A DNA stretch of 59,612 bases, filler included. It is 8 parts of 8 records of this genome, joined end to end, with 100 filler letters (N's around TTAATTAATTAA, not from the genome) between each part and the next. Parts side by side here need not be neighbours in the genome. Positions count along the whole stretch, not along the records: positions 1 to 13,446 come from SRR31156797_17275; positions 13,547 to 19,124 come from SRR31156797_17286; 6 more parts are not named here. One strand, 5' to 3'. Within the stretch, counting starts at the first letter, position 1; each line of letters begins with the position of its first letter. The notes under the pieces were generated by a model. It worked only from the letters and a program-made list of their open reading frames with translations, made no database searches and was not told where the DNA came from. The position numbers and the translations under genes were made by a program. Positions 8,178 to 19,224 of this stretch are shown piece by piece.

Positions 8178-8206
8178 AAAAGGCACATCTTGTAGGTGTG
8201 TCTTTT
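8178..8206 (+). terminator. Intrinsic terminator-like hairpin
   Basis: AAAAGGCACATCT-tgt-AGGTGTGTCTTTT, homologous to the 7019-7050 hairpin. Confidence 0.6.
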
Positions 8207-8309
8207 GTTGTGAGTTCTTTCGAATATACATATTGTGCTAATACGTGCATCGAACTGACAATATATACTATTCATATTATATTTGCGTTATAAACTTAAG
8301 AAATAAGGA

Positions 8310-8477
8310 ATGAAAATAATCAATAATACACGTTGCAAAAACATGACACGGGATTATTATTCTAAACTGTGTGATATAAGGCAGTGTAAGAAAGATTATA
8401 CAAAAGCAAAATCCAATGTTGATGAACTAAAAGAACTGTACAAGGATAGTGAGCATGTCATAACCGTAGTAAACTAG
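8310..8477 (+). CDS. Small hypothetical protein (55 aa)
   Basis: Open frame MKIINNTRCKNMTRDYY...; no recognisable motif. Confidence 0.25.
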   Translation: MKIINNTRCKNMTRDYYSKLCDIRQCKKDYTKAKSNVDELKELYKDSEHVITVVN

Positions 8478-8569
8478 TTGCTAAAAGAGTAATTTTAGCA
8501 GGAATAAAGCAGGTAATCTTGGTGAGGTATTAAATCGATATGGTTTAATGTAATGAGGAGTGAATAAAC

Positions 8570-9070
8570 GTGGGTAAAAAAGCTAGTGCAATGACAATAG
8601 AAGAATTGGCAGCTAGTTTGAGCTTACAAAGAAAAGCTGCTGCTGATTACTTTATACAAAATGGCGGTAACAAGATGCAGGCAGCTCTGCAGGCTGGATA
8701 TAGTAAATCCTATGCCAAAGGTAATGCAAATACTATTTTCGAGAATGAAAAAGTCAGAGCATATCTTGATATAAGATTAGATGAGATACAAAGCAATAGA
8801 GTTGCGAAGAATAAAGAGGTTATGGAATATCTCACATCTGTAATGAGAGGCGAAAACAAAGAAGAAGTTGTTGTAGTTGAAGGTACTGGTACTGGTTGTT
8901 CACAAGCAATAACAAAAAAGAAAGAGCTACAGCCAAAAGACAGATTAAAAGCTGCGGAGATGCTTTGCAAGATATACGGAGATTTTGTTACCAAAGTCGA
9001 AGCAGAGGTTGAGGTTAAGAAGTCTCCATTAGATGAACTTGTAGAACAGGTCGCTAAGAACAGAAAATGA
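8570..9070 (+). CDS. terS: Terminase small subunit
   Basis: GGNKMQAALQAGYS...EVMEYLTSVMRGE..EEVVVVEGTG...KDRLKAAEML. Confidence 0.92.
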   Translation: MGKKASAMTIEELAASLSLQRKAAADYFIQNGGNKMQAALQAGYSKSYAKGNANTIFENEKVRAYLDIRLDEIQSNRVAKNKEVMEYLTSVMRGENKEEVVVVEGTGTGCSQAITKKKELQPKDRLKAAEMLCKIYGDFVTKVEAEVEVKKSPLDELVEQVAKNRK

Positions 9071-10362
9071 TTTTAAGTAATAAATATAAGGATTTTATTT
9101 TTACTAAATCTACTCTTGATGTGCTTGAAGGTACTACATACGCTGGTAAAACAACAGTCGGCTTTGGTGTAAAGTTTCTAGTAGAGTGTAAGCTCGCTAA
9201 ACATAATGTTCATCTGATAGCAGGAGAGAGTCTAGGAACAGTTGAGAAAAATATAATTAATACTGATAACGGACTGTTGGATTTGTACTCTGATATGGAG
9301 TATCACAGAAACGGCAGCAGTAAGATATCACTGCCACATTTAAAAATCGATAATGAACTGATTTATATAGTTGGATTTACTGATGTATCAAAATTCAAAA
9401 AAGTGCTTGGTTCACAGTTTGGGGCTGTGGGAATAGATGAAGCGAATATAGCCCATGATGACTTCATAAACGAGGTATTATTACCTAGATTTGAGTATTG
9501 TATGATGACTGCAAATCCTGACAATCCGAGTAAACACATATACGCTAGGGTATTTGACAGGGCAAGAGCAATAGAAAAGTACCGGGAACAGATACCGACA
9601 CAAATGAAAAATATGCAGAGTGAGCAAATACCAGTAGACGGATGGAACTACTGGTATTTTACATATGATGACAATCCTATTTTGACACAAGAGAAAAGAA
9701 AGCAACTATTAAGCTCTGTTGCTCCTAACACTATTCAGTATAAAACAAAAATACAAGGGCTGAGGGCAAAAGCTGAAGGATTAATATACGATATGAACAA
9801 TGTTCTCGCTGTAGATAAGGCTGAGAACATTTATATTATTGACATATCTATTGACAGTGGATATATGCAGTCAGCTACAGCAGTAACGGCATATGGGCGC
9901 AGTTTAGATGGACACATATATGTGTTGGATACGTATTATTTCAAGCCAACCAGTAACCGTCAGAAAGCACCTAGTGTACAGGCAAAAGATGTACATAGCT
10001 TTTATCGTAGTATTGTTGATAAATACAAACGTCCTATAGACAGATGGATAATTGACAGTGCGGAGGGTGCACTTAGGACGCAGCTAAGAAGTGATTATGG
10101 GATAACTGCAAGACCGGTTGCAAAAGCACAAAAGAAAACAATGATAGAAGATGCCTTTGACGTTTTATTCTCTGGAGTCGTAAGGGTCGTAAAAACTAAT
10201 AACAACATAAGGTACTGGTTGAATGAGCATGAAAACTATGCATGGGATGATAAAAAGGTAAACGAGCCAATTAAGGAAAACGATCATACAGTTGATAATT
10301 TCCAGTACTATGTACGTGCAAATAGAGCAAATATACCAGTGGTAAAAGGTGATAAAAGCTGA
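9067..10362 (+). CDS. terL: Terminase large subunit (PBSX-like)
   Basis: Walker A EGTTYAGKT, Walker B GIDEAN, TANPD, nuclease SIDSG...IDSA...NDHTVDNFQY. Confidence 0.93.
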   Translation: MILSNKYKDFIFTKSTLDVLEGTTYAGKTTVGFGVKFLVECKLAKHNVHLIAGESLGTVEKNIINTDNGLLDLYSDMEYHRNGSSKISLPHLKIDNELIYIVGFTDVSKFKKVLGSQFGAVGIDEANIAHDDFINEVLLPRFEYCMMTANPDNPSKHIYARVFDRARAIEKYREQIPTQMKNMQSEQIPVDGWNYWYFTYDDNPILTQEKRKQLLSSVAPNTIQYKTKIQGLRAKAEGLIYDMNNVLAVDKAENIYIIDISIDSGYMQSATAVTAYGRSLDGHIYVLDTYYFKPTSNRQKAPSVQAKDVHSFYRSIVDKYKRPIDRWIIDSAEGALRTQLRSDYGITARPVAKAQKKTMIEDAFDVLFSGVVRVVKTNNNIRYWLNEHENYAWDDKKVNEPIKENDHTVDNFQYYVRANRANIPVVKGDKS

Positions 10363-11756
10363 TGTTTGAGAAGATAATTAATTTGATAAAAGGTGGTGTG
10401 GGTAAAATTTTAAACAAACAAATAATAACCCAAAAACTAGGTGTTGAATTAGCAACAACTGATACTATGCAAAACTATATAGGGTTATGGAGTGAATTAT
10501 ACGCTGATAAGCCACCATGGCTTAGTGAGGAGATAAAGAGCCTCAACATACCATCGACAGTTGCAAGTGAAATAGCAAGAATGGTTACGCTGGAAATGAG
10601 CAGTGAGATAAAAGGAAGTACAAGAGCTGCATACCTAGATGAGCAATACCAGAAGGTAATAGAGCGCATTCGAAATATCGTTGAATATGGTGTTGCTAAG
10701 GGTGGTCTGATGCTAAAACCCTATGTAAAGGGTGATGAAATTGTAATTGATATTATTCAGGCTAATTGTTTTTATCCAGTTAAGTTTGATAGTAATGGTA
10801 GTATTACGGGCTGTATATTCACGTCACAGAAAGTAAAAGGCAAATATACATATACTCGTGTAGAGCACCATGATTTGCAGGTTGATGGTTATTACATAGT
10901 TAACAGAGCCTTTAAATCAATGAGTTCATCCAGTCTTAACATTGGTACAGAGATCTCCCTAAAAGAAATTGAGGAATGGGCAGAGATTGAACCTGAAATA
11001 GTTATCACTGGCATAGATAGACCAATGTACAGCTATTTTAAAACTGCGTATGCAAACAATAAAGAGCCTGATAGCCCATTGGGTGTATCATGCTTTGCAC
11101 GAGCTGTTGGCACTATTATGGAAGCTGACAAACTATACTCAAATCTATTATGGGAATTTGAGAGCGGACAGCGTGCTATATATGTGGATGAGCAGGCATT
11201 TAAGCCAACCGGCAAGGTAGATGAAGCAGGTAGAATTATTAGGAATATTCCTAATAAACGGTTGTACAAGCCTTTGGATATTTCATCAGATGAAGGATTC
11301 TTTGAAGATTGGACACCCGACTTTAGAAATGCGGCTATTGAAGCTGGGCTGGATGTGCTGCTAAAGAAGATTGAAGATAAAACAGGGGTGTCAAGAGGCA
11401 CAATATCACTTACACCTGATACACAGGTAAAAACCGCAACGGAGCTTAAAATAGCTCAACATAGGAAGTTCGAAACAGTTAAGTCAAATCAAACTCAGCT
11501 GCAGAATGCACTTAGTGGTTTGATTGATGTTATGAATATCTGGTGTGATTTGTATAGCCTTGCTCCAAGCGGTAATTATGAAGCTGTTTTTGATTTTGAT
11601 GATAGTGTTCTTACAGATAATGATAAGAAGTATCTAGAGATGCTACAGTTGTACCAAATAGGCATTATTAAAGATTGGGAGCTTAGAGCTTGGTACAAAA
11701 AAGAAGATGAAAAAACAGCGAAAGCAAATGTAGGGGGAGTTAGTGAGGTGCTGTAG
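10362..11756 (+). CDS. Phage portal protein (SPP1 gp6/A118-like)
   Basis: Follows terL; SPLGVSCFARA, LLWEFESG, KTATE, FDFDDSV motifs. Confidence 0.92.
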   Translation: MFEKIINLIKGGVGKILNKQIITQKLGVELATTDTMQNYIGLWSELYADKPPWLSEEIKSLNIPSTVASEIARMVTLEMSSEIKGSTRAAYLDEQYQKVIERIRNIVEYGVAKGGLMLKPYVKGDEIVIDIIQANCFYPVKFDSNGSITGCIFTSQKVKGKYTYTRVEHHDLQVDGYYIVNRAFKSMSSSSLNIGTEISLKEIEEWAEIEPEIVITGIDRPMYSYFKTAYANNKEPDSPLGVSCFARAVGTIMEADKLYSNLLWEFESGQRAIYVDEQAFKPTGKVDEAGRIIRNIPNKRLYKPLDISSDEGFFEDWTPDFRNAAIEAGLDVLLKKIEDKTGVSRGTISLTPDTQVKTATELKIAQHRKFETVKSNQTQLQNALSGLIDVMNIWCDLYSLAPSGNYEAVFDFDDSVLTDNDKKYLEMLQLYQIGIIKDWELRAWYKKEDEKTAKANVGGVSEVL

Positions 11757-13446
11757 GTGCTTACACCTGAATATCTAAACAGTGTATCAGATGATGCTGT
11801 TACCCTGTATCGAGAGATGGAAGATGCGATACTAAGTGACGTTACCAAGCGGATAGTCAATATTGGTATGCTAGACGTGTCTGTGTGGCAAACAGAGGCA
11901 ACATCGCAGCAAAGAGGAGTACTGACCAATGTGCTAGGCGAGATTAACGGCATTAGCGACAGCAGTCAGAGTACAATAAAAAAAATATATGAAGATGCAC
12001 TGAGTAAGTCACTGGCATTTGACAATGATGTATACACGGCAGCAGGGCTATCAACTTCCTCCATAAGTGAATCTGATGCAATGAAGCAGATATTGTCCGC
12101 AGGGGTAGATAAGACCTATAGCAATATCACAAACATGAGCAATACCATAACTACTACTGCACAGACGGCATTCTATAATGCAATATACAAGGCTTACACA
12201 GATGTGAGCACAGGGAGTATGGATTATACTCAGGCTATAGCAAATGCTATCGGGGAAATATCTGAGAGCGGTGTGAAGCTGATAAGCAATGGCAAGGACG
12301 GCAAAGCATACAGATACTCAATGGATGCAGCAGTCCGCAGGGCTGTACAAACAGGGGTAAATCAGGCTGTAGGGGAACTACAGATAATGGCTGCTGATGA
12401 ATTAGGAGCAGAGCAGATGGAGGTATCTGCTCATATTGACAGCAGACCAGACCACGCCCAGTGGCAGGGGAAGGTGCTTGACTATCCTGATGAGTTTATG
12501 CAGACTACAGGCTACGGAACAGGTGCAGGGCTATGCGGATGGAACTGCAGGCATTCATTCCACCCCTTTATTCCCGGAGTAAGTGAACGTATGTATACCG
12601 ATGAGCAACTGGAGGCAATCAAAAGTGCCACTGTTGAGTACAACGGTAAGCAGATGTCACTGTACAAGGCAACTCAGGCACAGCGAAGGCTGGAGCGGGA
12701 GATGAGGGCAGCAGAGCGGAAGATGACACAGCTAAATGGCGCTATTGCAGATGCTGAAGGCGATGAGGCGTTGCAGGCGGTGCTGAGACAGGAGATGTAT
12801 ACTGTATCTACCAGATTGACAGGGCTAAAGAGTAGGTATGGTGACTATATTGATACTGAGCTGGAGGAAAAGAATCTTAAAAATAATCTGCTGTACAATA
12901 ACTATAAAAGTATACTTGGTGAAGACTATCTGGGCTATGATAATGATGAGTTTATCAAGGTTATGGAGGCCGGTGGTGATGAGTGGGAGAAGCTTAAGAG
13001 TGACTTTAAAATAGTAGAGCGTTATGCAGTAGACTTCGGTGATGTACCAACAAGCAAAATTATTGAGTTGGATAACGCAGCGTGGTATACTAAGCAAAAT
13101 GGGTTTGATGGTTCTAACTTACCTCGTAAGAAAAGAGATAAAGTGATATTGTTTAAAGAAAGAGGCAATGCTGCTGTAATGGAAATGAATGGTAAAATAT
13201 ACTTTGCTTATAGTAAAGCACAGGAGCCTGGAGACCTAGCTTTTGATTATTATTTTGGTGATTATGAGTTAGTAGCTCTTAGTGATAGTCCGATATTTGA
13301 AACTATTGGTTTTCGTAATGTTGATACAGAAGCAAAGTTCTTAGAATTTGCTGCAAAAAACAGGGAACCAAGTGATACTTTTGAAATTACAATATTATCA
13401 GAAAAACATATCTGTGAAAGCTGTCAGGGAGTAGTAAAACAATTCC
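11757..13446 (+). CDS. Phage minor capsid (MuF-like) protein with C-terminal toxin deaminase domain, 3'-truncated
   Basis: MLTPEYL; EVSAHIDSRPDHAQWQG, GLCGWNCRHSFHPF; C-term RNVDTEAKFLE...ILSEKHICESCQGVVKQF. Confidence 0.88.
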
Positions 13447-13546
13447 NNNNNNNNNNNNNNNNNNNNNNNNNNNNNNNNNNNNNNNNNNNNTTAATTAATT
13501 AANNNNNNNNNNNNNNNNNNNNNNNNNNNNNNNNNNNNNNNNNNNN
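13447..13546. other. Artificial contig spacer
   Basis: N-run + TTAATTAATTAA (stops in all six frames) + N-run. Confidence 0.98.
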
Positions 13547-14575
13547 CAGGCTATCCGGTTTATTGATTCTCCGCAGATTCCCACGGACGTTATCACCGCC
13601 GCCACCCTGTACAAGGATTTTTTCAACGAGGTGGCCGGTTCCTTTTCCGACGTGACCCAGGGGCAGAAACAGGGCTCGGAAGTCATTGCTGCGAAGGCAA
13701 TTGCAATGCTTTTAGAGCAGGCTAACCGCATGGCAAGGGGTAAGGTCCGCAATTATTCCAAGATGCTCAGGGAGCGCGGAAGAATGTTTCTTTCGTTGGC
13801 TCAAAGTTGGTACGACACCCCCCGATATATCACCTTTCAGCGCAAAGGGCAGGATGAGACGCAGGCCATCACCCGGGAACAACTCCAGATTCCGGGAAAA
13901 ATCAATATCGTTTCCGGATCCACCATGCCGGTGTCAGATATCCAACGCCGGGAAGAGGCTATTTCCCTATACAAGATGAACGCTATCGACCAGGAGGAAC
14001 TGCTTAAACGCCTGGACTGGGATAATTACTCCGATGTGGTTGAACGGATGCAGAAGGGGCCGCTTGGCGCATTCATCGACAAACTCTCTATGCTCGGGTT
14101 GCCTGAACAGCTTGCACAGCTTTTTCAGCAGGTTGGTAGCATGGAGCCCAAAGAAGTTGAAGCTGCGATTAAGAAAGGAGAACTTCCGTCCTTTGTTCAA
14201 ATTCTTCAGCAGTTGACCCAGGAACAGCCGGAACAACAACCGGATCCTGAAATGGCGAAGGTTCAGGGTGAACTCCAGATAAAGGCCCAGAAAAATCAAA
14301 TTGATGCTCAGAAAGTTCAGATTGACGCTCAGAAGACAGAGGCTGAGGTTCAACTTATCATGCAGCAAATCGAAACTGAGATCACCGAGAGGCAATTAAA
14401 AGTCCAGGAAGGGCAGATCAAGGCCGCCGGCTTGCAACTGGACCAGGAAAATATAGCCATCCAAAAAGCCAAGGCTGTCGCTGAAATTAAGCGGGCAGCC
14501 AGCGACGCCAGAAAAGATAAGGGCGGTTATGATGAACGGGGGATGAAAAGCAACAACAAGGAGCTGGAAGCATGA
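13547..14575 (+). CDS. Phage portal protein C-terminal part (P22-like, long Q/E-rich coiled coil), 5'-truncated
   Basis: Frame open from the contig edge; EVAGSFSDVTQG...AAKAIAMLLEQA, VSGSTMP..R, coiled-coil tail; upstream of scaffold and capsid. Confidence 0.75.
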   Translation, partial: QAIRFIDSPQIPTDVITAATLYKDFFNEVAGSFSDVTQGQKQGSEVIAAKAIAMLLEQANRMARGKVRNYSKMLRERGRMFLSLAQSWYDTPRYITFQRKGQDETQAITREQLQIPGKINIVSGSTMPVSDIQRREEAISLYKMNAIDQEELLKRLDWDNYSDVVERMQKGPLGAFIDKLSMLGLPEQLAQLFQQVGSMEPKEVEAAIKKGELPSFVQILQQLTQEQPEQQPDPEMAKVQGELQIKAQKNQIDAQKVQIDAQKTEAEVQLIMQQIETEITERQLKVQEGQIKAAGLQLDQENIAIQKAKAVAEIKRAASDARKDKGGYDERGMKSNNKELEA

Positions 14576-14976
14576 TTATTCACGACTATGAATGCCAGGA
14601 GTGCGGCCAGATTTCGGAAAATTTCATCATTGATTCCAGTTTTATCCCTAACAAGTGCGTTTGTCCCATCTGCGGTGCTGAGGCTAAAAAAATAGTTTCC
14701 CTATCCCATACCGTCCCGGTGGATGCCGACTGGATCAAATCCGTGCATGAGGTTGTGGACAAGGAATCAGATAAACCCCATTGCAAAGAATTTTTGAAAC
14801 ACCCAACCCGGGCCAACTATAAAGCTTGGATGAAGGGAGAGGGGTTGCGGCCTTTGGAATCCGGGGAACCTACTAAACCGAAGGTGGACCAGGGCAGACG
14901 GAAGACTGAAATTAAAAATGGGATGCTTGAGCGGTTCCGGGAGCGGAATGCTGTGAGTGTTTCCACATCAATATAA
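14572..14976 (+). CDS. FmdB-like zinc-ribbon protein
   Basis: HDYECQECG...CPICGAEAKKIVS. Confidence 0.8.
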   Translation: MIIHDYECQECGQISENFIIDSSFIPNKCVCPICGAEAKKIVSLSHTVPVDADWIKSVHEVVDKESDKPHCKEFLKHPTRANYKAWMKGEGLRPLESGEPTKPKVDQGRRKTEIKNGMLERFRERNAVSVSTSI

Positions 14977-14984
14977 GGAGAATT

Positions 14985-16057
<1,073 letters not shown>

Positions 16058-16954
16058 ATGTCAGAAGAAATCAACGACGCTAACACAGGCGAAGAGAATG
16101 CCGCCGGCGCAGACTCGTCACCTGACGCTGTAGAACTTGAACCAATTATGGGCGACGACGGTCTTGTCAGCACCATGGAGTACCAGGCGGTAGAAAAGGA
16201 AGAGTCTGCCGAGACAGACACCGATGGTGAAGACACCCCCGATGATGCGGGGCAGAATACATCAACAGACCAGGAGCCCGACAAGACAGACTTCCACGAA
16301 CACCCCAGATTCAAGGAGCTGATTGAGGAAAAGAATTCCCTGAAGCAGGAGATTGAAGACCTCAAAGCCAAAATTGAAAAACCTGCCGATCAACCTAAAG
16401 AGACACCGGCAGAGCAGACCAATTTCCGTAACATCATGGAAATGAAGGACGAGGACATCGTGGATGAGATAACCACAAGTCCAAAATCTTTCCTGGCGAA
16501 TTTTGCCATGCAGGTTGCCCATGAAATCCGGGCAGATATCCAGGCTTCGGAAGCTACCAAACAGGCCGAAGCAAAAGCTTTGTCTCAGCAGGAGCGGGAG
16601 CAGAAAACCGTTACCGATTTCTTTGCGGATAAGGAAGATGGGCGAGCCATGGTGGATGACGGCCGGATCAAAGCCTTTATCAAGGAAAACCCGGGCCACA
16701 ACGAAATCTCTGCTTATCATGCCCTGGCCGGTGAATCCATCCAGAAAGCGGCTATCGAATCTGCGGTGAAACAAGCAGAAGAACGAATTTACAAAGAACT
16801 CAAAGCAAAGGGCAAAGCCAAGTCAACTGCCACACCGACCGGCGGGACGCTTCTCAATTCCGGGAAATCCCCGGAGATGAAGAATCCTGACAAGTTCGGC
16901 GGTGTTGAGAATGTATTACTCAAGCGGCACTTGGCAAGGCAGAAAGCCTCATAA
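16058..16954 (+). CDS. Phage capsid scaffolding protein
   Basis: Acidic N-term, HPRFKELIEEKN coiled coil, directly upstream of the capsid gene. Confidence 0.7.
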   Translation: MSEEINDANTGEENAAGADSSPDAVELEPIMGDDGLVSTMEYQAVEKEESAETDTDGEDTPDDAGQNTSTDQEPDKTDFHEHPRFKELIEEKNSLKQEIEDLKAKIEKPADQPKETPAEQTNFRNIMEMKDEDIVDEITTSPKSFLANFAMQVAHEIRADIQASEATKQAEAKALSQQEREQKTVTDFFADKEDGRAMVDDGRIKAFIKENPGHNEISAYHALAGESIQKAAIESAVKQAEERIYKELKAKGKAKSTATPTGGTLLNSGKSPEMKNPDKFGGVENVLLKRHLARQKAS

Positions 16955-16964
16955 GGAATAAGAT

Positions 16965-17936
16965 ATGAGTATTCTCGACCAACTTGAAGCGGTTACCAAT
17001 GACTTCTTCCTGATCGAAGACGGGAAGGCTGAAGACAATTATTTTGAAACCTCCTTCCTGCTGGATTACCTGATCAAGCAGAAGAAAGGTATCTGGAAAC
17101 GTCCCAGCGGCGGTCAAAAGATCTCCATCCCCATCCGGTATGACGGCAACAAGGCAGGGTTTTACACCCGTGGCGGCACCCTGGATTCCACAAAGACCGA
17201 AGCTATCACGGCGGTCAACTTCGCATGGAAACATGCTTATGGCAATGCAACTATCCTGCGCATTGACGAGCTGAAGAATGCCGGCCCCGAAGCCATGATT
17301 AACCTGGTTACGGAAGAGCTGATGGGTGCCCAGGAATCGTTGCGGGATATCCTGGCCACATCTCTTTACAACGGACTTGAAGGTGATACCGGGAACCTGA
17401 CCGGGTTGAATTCCGTTTGTGAAACTGATGCCGATACGAACTATGGCGGGTATTCCGCCAATGATATTGTTTCTGAGAACGGTGGGAAAGTCTGGACCGG
17501 TAAGGGATCTTCCACGGAAACTGTTATCTCCCTGGATGCTCTCAAGGCGATCAGAACTGCATCTGCCTACGGGAAAGGGAAAGGCGCAAAGCCTGACTTT
17601 ATTGCAACCGACGAAACGAACCACGACACCATTCTTGAAATTCTTGAGATTCAGCAGCGATTCACAGAAGGTAAAGAGACCGTCAAGGCCGGTTTCACTG
17701 GTGTCCACTACTCCGGTTGCGACATTTTCCCCGACCGGTACTGCCCGACCGCCAACCTGTACGCTTTGAACAGCAAGCATGTGGGTTTTGCGATCCATAA
17801 AAAAGGCTTGTTTCAGAGAACACCCTGGGAATTCATCCAGGGTTCCGGCCGCGACAAGACCATGAAGATTTTCTTTGACGGAAACTTCGTATCCAATAAC
17901 CGCCGTGCCAATTACCGGCACTCCAATATCCAATAA
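16965..17936 (+). CDS. Phage major capsid protein
   Basis: 323 aa; SGGQKISIPIRY, LYNG..G...LTGL, AGFTGVHYSG..I..D..CP...YALNSK pattern and position. Confidence 0.85.
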   Translation: MSILDQLEAVTNDFFLIEDGKAEDNYFETSFLLDYLIKQKKGIWKRPSGGQKISIPIRYDGNKAGFYTRGGTLDSTKTEAITAVNFAWKHAYGNATILRIDELKNAGPEAMINLVTEELMGAQESLRDILATSLYNGLEGDTGNLTGLNSVCETDADTNYGGYSANDIVSENGGKVWTGKGSSTETVISLDALKAIRTASAYGKGKGAKPDFIATDETNHDTILEILEIQQRFTEGKETVKAGFTGVHYSGCDIFPDRYCPTANLYALNSKHVGFAIHKKGLFQRTPWEFIQGSGRDKTMKIFFDGNFVSNNRRANYRHSNIQ

Positions 17937-17950
17937 GGAGGGATGGCTAT

Positions 17951-18670
17951 ATGAAACCGATGAAAACAGGCGGGTGGCTGCAGGGCTTGTATGAAACTTC
18001 CGTCACCGCAAAAGAAGAAGTCGGCACCATGCGCCAGGATCTTAACGGGAACATCTACCGGTATGCAAAGGCCGGTTCCTCTGCGCTGTCCGCTGGCAAA
18101 ATCACCGTAGCCGCCGCCGTGGCCGCTGCGGTCACCAATAAGACTGCGGTCATAGCTGCTGTCGGGACAAAATCACTGACCCTTATCATCGGGTCTTCCA
18201 CCTATGCTGCTGATCACTTCAAAGGCGGCCAGCTGCAGATTAACGACGCCGCTGGTGAAGGGCACAGATACCCGATTACATCCAGCACCGCCGTATCTTC
18301 CGGTACCTTAATCACCATTTCCCTTGACGAGGGCATCAGAAAAGCTCTGACCGCATCTTCTGAATTCACTCTGGTCCACTCCCTGTTTATGGGGACCGCG
18401 GTATCTACCACGGAAGAAAACGAGCCCACTGGTGTACCGCTGGTCGATGTTCCTGCCAACCACTATTACTGGTCCCAGACCCGTGGAGAAGGCCTTTGCC
18501 TGATTGTCGGCACCCCGGCTGTTGGCTCCATGCTGACCCTGGGGGCCACTGCCGGGGCCCTGGCTGCCATCAATGCCACCCTGGACATTGATCAGCCCAT
18601 TATTGCCAGGATGGTCGGTACTGCAGGCGTGGCCACCGAATACAAACCCGTCAAGCTCTGCATTGACTAA
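17951..18670 (+). CDS. Phage capsid decoration/structural protein
   Basis: G...YRYAKAG...YYWSQTRG pattern, Ala/Gly/Thr-rich, follows the capsid gene. Confidence 0.6.
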   Translation: MKPMKTGGWLQGLYETSVTAKEEVGTMRQDLNGNIYRYAKAGSSALSAGKITVAAAVAAAVTNKTAVIAAVGTKSLTLIIGSSTYAADHFKGGQLQINDAAGEGHRYPITSSTAVSSGTLITISLDEGIRKALTASSEFTLVHSLFMGTAVSTTEENEPTGVPLVDVPANHYYWSQTRGEGLCLIVGTPAVGSMLTLGATAGALAAINATLDIDQPIIARMVGTAGVATEYKPVKLCID

Positions 18671-18672
18671 AA

Positions 18673-18695
18673 CTTCGGGGGCTTCGGCCCCCAAG
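18673..18695 (+). other. GC-rich cUUCGg hairpin without U-tract
   Basis: CTTC-GGGGGC-TTCG-GCCCCC-AAG. Confidence 0.6.
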
Positions 18696-18704
18696 GAGTG
18701 AGAT

Positions 18705-18971
18705 ATGGCTTTTGAAAGCGCAGTAACACAACGGTCTGTAATGGGCAACAAACGGGTCCATTTTGGTACTTATACCAACGGATCGGGTGATACAGGCGGG
18801 GATATTGATACCGGCCTGCGGTCCTGCGAGTTTATGTCCTTGCAACCTGGTGGGGCCAGCGTTATTGCTACTGCACCCACCGTAAACGAATCCTTGCCCG
18901 CCGCCGGTAATGCCGTCACTGTTGTGACTGCTGACGGTGAAGATGGTTTCTGGATGGCAGTTGGTTATTAA
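18705..18971 (+). CDS. Phage hypothetical structural protein
   Basis: RBS AAGGAG; 88 aa, Gly/Thr-rich. Confidence 0.65.
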   Translation: MAFESAVTQRSVMGNKRVHFGTYTNGSGDTGGDIDTGLRSCEFMSLQPGGASVIATAPTVNESLPAAGNAVTVVTADGEDGFWMAVGY

Positions 18972-19124
18972 TGAGTACCGTCAACGAAATACTCACGGGG
19001 ATTAAAAACGGCCTGCCTAACAAGGTGAACCTGGACCGGGTGAACCGGGCAGTCGGGACCGTCTCCAAGCGGCTATTTTACCATAAATCCACCCTGGTTA
19101 TGGGCGGCCTGGCGGTTTCCGTTG
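18971..19124 (+). CDS. Phage protein (possible head-tail adaptor), 3'-truncated
   Basis: TAATG overlap; MSTVNEIL...LDRVNRAV. Confidence 0.45.
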
Positions 19125-19224
19125 NNNNNNNNNNNNNNNNNNNNNNNNNNNNNNNNNNNNNNNNNNNNTTAATTAATTAANNNNNNNNNNNNNNNNNNNN
19201 NNNNNNNNNNNNNNNNNNNNNNNN
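19125..19224. other. Artificial contig spacer
   Basis: N-run + TTAATTAATTAA + N-run. Confidence 0.98.

Noticed and set aside
16920-17933. 337-aa minus-strand ORF, and other antisense ORFs such as 41740-42405 and 16262-16774
   Set aside because: Shadow frames of well-supported genes on the opposite strand, with no motifs.
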